From contig CAZIWT010000005.1 in the NCBI GenBank assembly GCA_964542895.1, positions 863 through 59,751 on the forward strand: a DNA stretch of 58,889 bases, read 5' to 3'. Source of the DNA: an uncultured Thermodesulfobacteriota bacterium. Lineage in GTDB: Bacteria; Desulfobacterota; Zymogenia; Zymogenales; Zymogenaceae. Positions within the stretch are counted from its first letter, which is position 1, and each line of letters begins with the position of its first letter. A program made the position numbers and the translations under genes. Under the pieces are notes generated by a model. The model was given only the letters and a program-made list of their open reading frames with translations. It was not told the origin of the DNA and did not search any database. Shown piece after piece: positions 57,330 to 58,889 of this stretch.

Positions 57330-58673
57330 TCAGCTGATCGGCCCCTCTCTCCCGAGGATCTTCCTTATCTCAAAGAGGGACTTCTCGTAATTGAACAGTG
57401 CGGTCAGATAGTTCAGCTTCGCCTCGGTGACCGCCAGGCGCGCGTCGAGAAGCTCCAAAAGGGTGCCGACACCGTTTTCGTAGCGGAGCTCCGCTGTTTT
57501 CAGATTTTCCACGGAAAGCCCTATGTTATACTCCTGCAGCTTGATTATCTCTCTGGACTCGACGAGGTTGTAGTAGGCGCTCCTGATGCTGTACTCCACA
57601 TCCCTATTCGTGTCCTTCAGCTCGATCTCGGCCTTTTTGTATTCCGCATTAGCCTGTTTCTTCTTGGCCATCGAGATGACAAGGTCGGTGATCGGGATCT
57701 CCACCATCACGCCCGCAGTGAACTCCCAGTCAGGCTCGTTGAAGCTGATGTTCTCCCATCCGGTCGCCGAATGATCGTAGTTGGCAAAGGCCTTCACCAC
57801 TGGGAAAAAGTCCCCTATGGCGATATCGACGTTCCTGTCGGCTATCCGCTCGTTCAGCTCCGCGATGTTTTGCTCGGGACTCTCGGCCTCGGCTGCGGCC
57901 ATAAGCGACTTTAGATCCACCTCCCTCTCGTAATATTTAAGCTCCCCCTCTACCTCGATCGGTTTGTCCAGGTCGATGTTCAAGAGCTTCTTCAGATCCT
58001 CATAGGCTACCGTGAGGTCGTTCTTCGCCTCGATAAGGGAGGTGCGGGCGTTGATCGATTCTACCTCTATCCTCATTACGTCATACTTCGGGACGAGGCC
58101 GTTTCTGTATTTGCCTTCGGTCTTCTCGAGATTCCTCGTCAGGAGCTCCAGCTCCTCCGTTCGCATCTCGATCTTCTTTTTGGCCAGGAGAATCGAGTAA
58201 AAGGCGACCTTAGTGTCGTAAATCGCCTCGTTTACGGCGATCCTGTACTTCTCTTCCGCGACTTGGAGCTGAAGGTGCGCAACGTTCAGCCCCCAGACGA
58301 TCTTCCCTCCCGAAAAGAGCGTGATGGAGGCGGTGATCCCCAAATCGTATTGATCGTTCGGCTCGTCCAGCGGGGTGGTGATCCCCGAAAAGAGGCCCGA
58401 TGCAGAAGTGGTCTCAGGGATCAGGCCGGTGTAGGTGTATTTCGCCTCGGCGTTGACAGAAAGTATGCTTGACCATTTCTCGAAGACCACACCCTTTGCC
58501 AGTCTTATCCCCTCCTTGGCCGTGAGGATATCGGATGACCTCTCCAGCGCTATTTCTATGCAGTCGTCGAGGGTGTATTTGGATGCCGGCCCGCCTTCCT
58601 GGGCGTAAAGGGGGGCGCAGAGAAAGAGGATGAGGATTAGAGGGGAGAAAAACTTTATAATACCGGTTTTCAT
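57330..58673 (-). CDS. TolC family outer-membrane efflux protein
   Basis: Signal peptide, TLDDCIEIAL, LFSGG, Y.NG....DV, FFPVV, RYENGVGTLLELLDA. Confidence 0.93.
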   Translation of the reverse strand: MKTGIIKFFSPLILILFLCAPLYAQEGGPASKYTLDDCIEIALERSSDILTAKEGIRLAKGVVFEKWSSILSVNAEAKYTYTGLIPETTSASGLFSGITTPLDEPNDQYDLGITASITLFSGGKIVWGLNVAHLQLQVAEEKYRIAVNEAIYDTKVAFYSILLAKKKIEMRTEELELLTRNLEKTEGKYRNGLVPKYDVMRIEVESINARTSLIEAKNDLTVAYEDLKKLLNIDLDKPIEVEGELKYYEREVDLKSLMAAAEAESPEQNIAELNERIADRNVDIAIGDFFPVVKAFANYDHSATGWENISFNEPDWEFTAGVMVEIPITDLVISMAKKKQANAEYKKAEIELKDTNRDVEYSIRSAYYNLVESREIIKLQEYNIGLSVENLKTAELRYENGVGTLLELLDARLAVTEAKLNYLTALFNYEKSLFEIRKILGREGPIS

Positions 58674-58889
58674 ATCCGTGTCCTGAATTTGGGCTTCTCA
58701 AAGGTCTTTGGTTGAGAAGAATTTGAAGTATTGCACAAAACGTATTCTTTGTCTAACTGTAAATGAAAAAGGCATTAGACAAAAAATATTACAATATGTT
58801 AAACAGCCGGCCGAAAGAAAACCTTCGGAAAAACTTAAAAATATTTCATCAACGATTATTCTTCAGATCTTCTTTCGGTCAGCGGTAAG

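Overview
A gene-dense 58.9 kb chromosomal window. Gene content and order suggest an anaerobic, deltaproteobacterial (Desulfobacterota-like) diderm; this taxonomy is inference. Housekeeping blocks: carA-carB, and a long + strand run pheA-hisC-aroF-aroA-cmk-rpsA-sppA-(short secretin-like)-nfo-(crotonase)-(cNMP protein)-ppx-guaB-guaA-dnaE-accA-cysE-UPF0280. A - strand block carries a MalEFG-like sugar ABC transporter, a tandem-domain thyX and kdsC. Accessory catabolic/detox genes: a Tat-exported alkyl-sulfatase-like MBL hydrolase, a DUF35-thiolase-thiolase-DUF35 operon resembling actinobacterial Ltp3/Ltp4 aldolases, a penicillin-acylase-family amidase, an amidohydrolase, MarR and a TolC-MFP-AcrB RND pump. 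The strongest hidden signal is a CoA-disulfide-reductase/NADH-oxidase-family gene (51480-52847, -) that the ORF track truncates. An in-frame TGA sits exactly at the redox-active Cys position and is followed 11 nt later by a perfect SECIS-like hairpin, so it is a predicted selenoprotein. The first ~460 bp is a three-way mosaic (transposase / HEAT repeat / inverted membrane-gene start), possibly an assembly chimera. Several intergenic regions hold degenerate repeats, orphan promoters or G-quadruplex motifs. I recognised no rRNA, tRNA or CRISPR array. Family assignments come from motif recognition; no database search was run.
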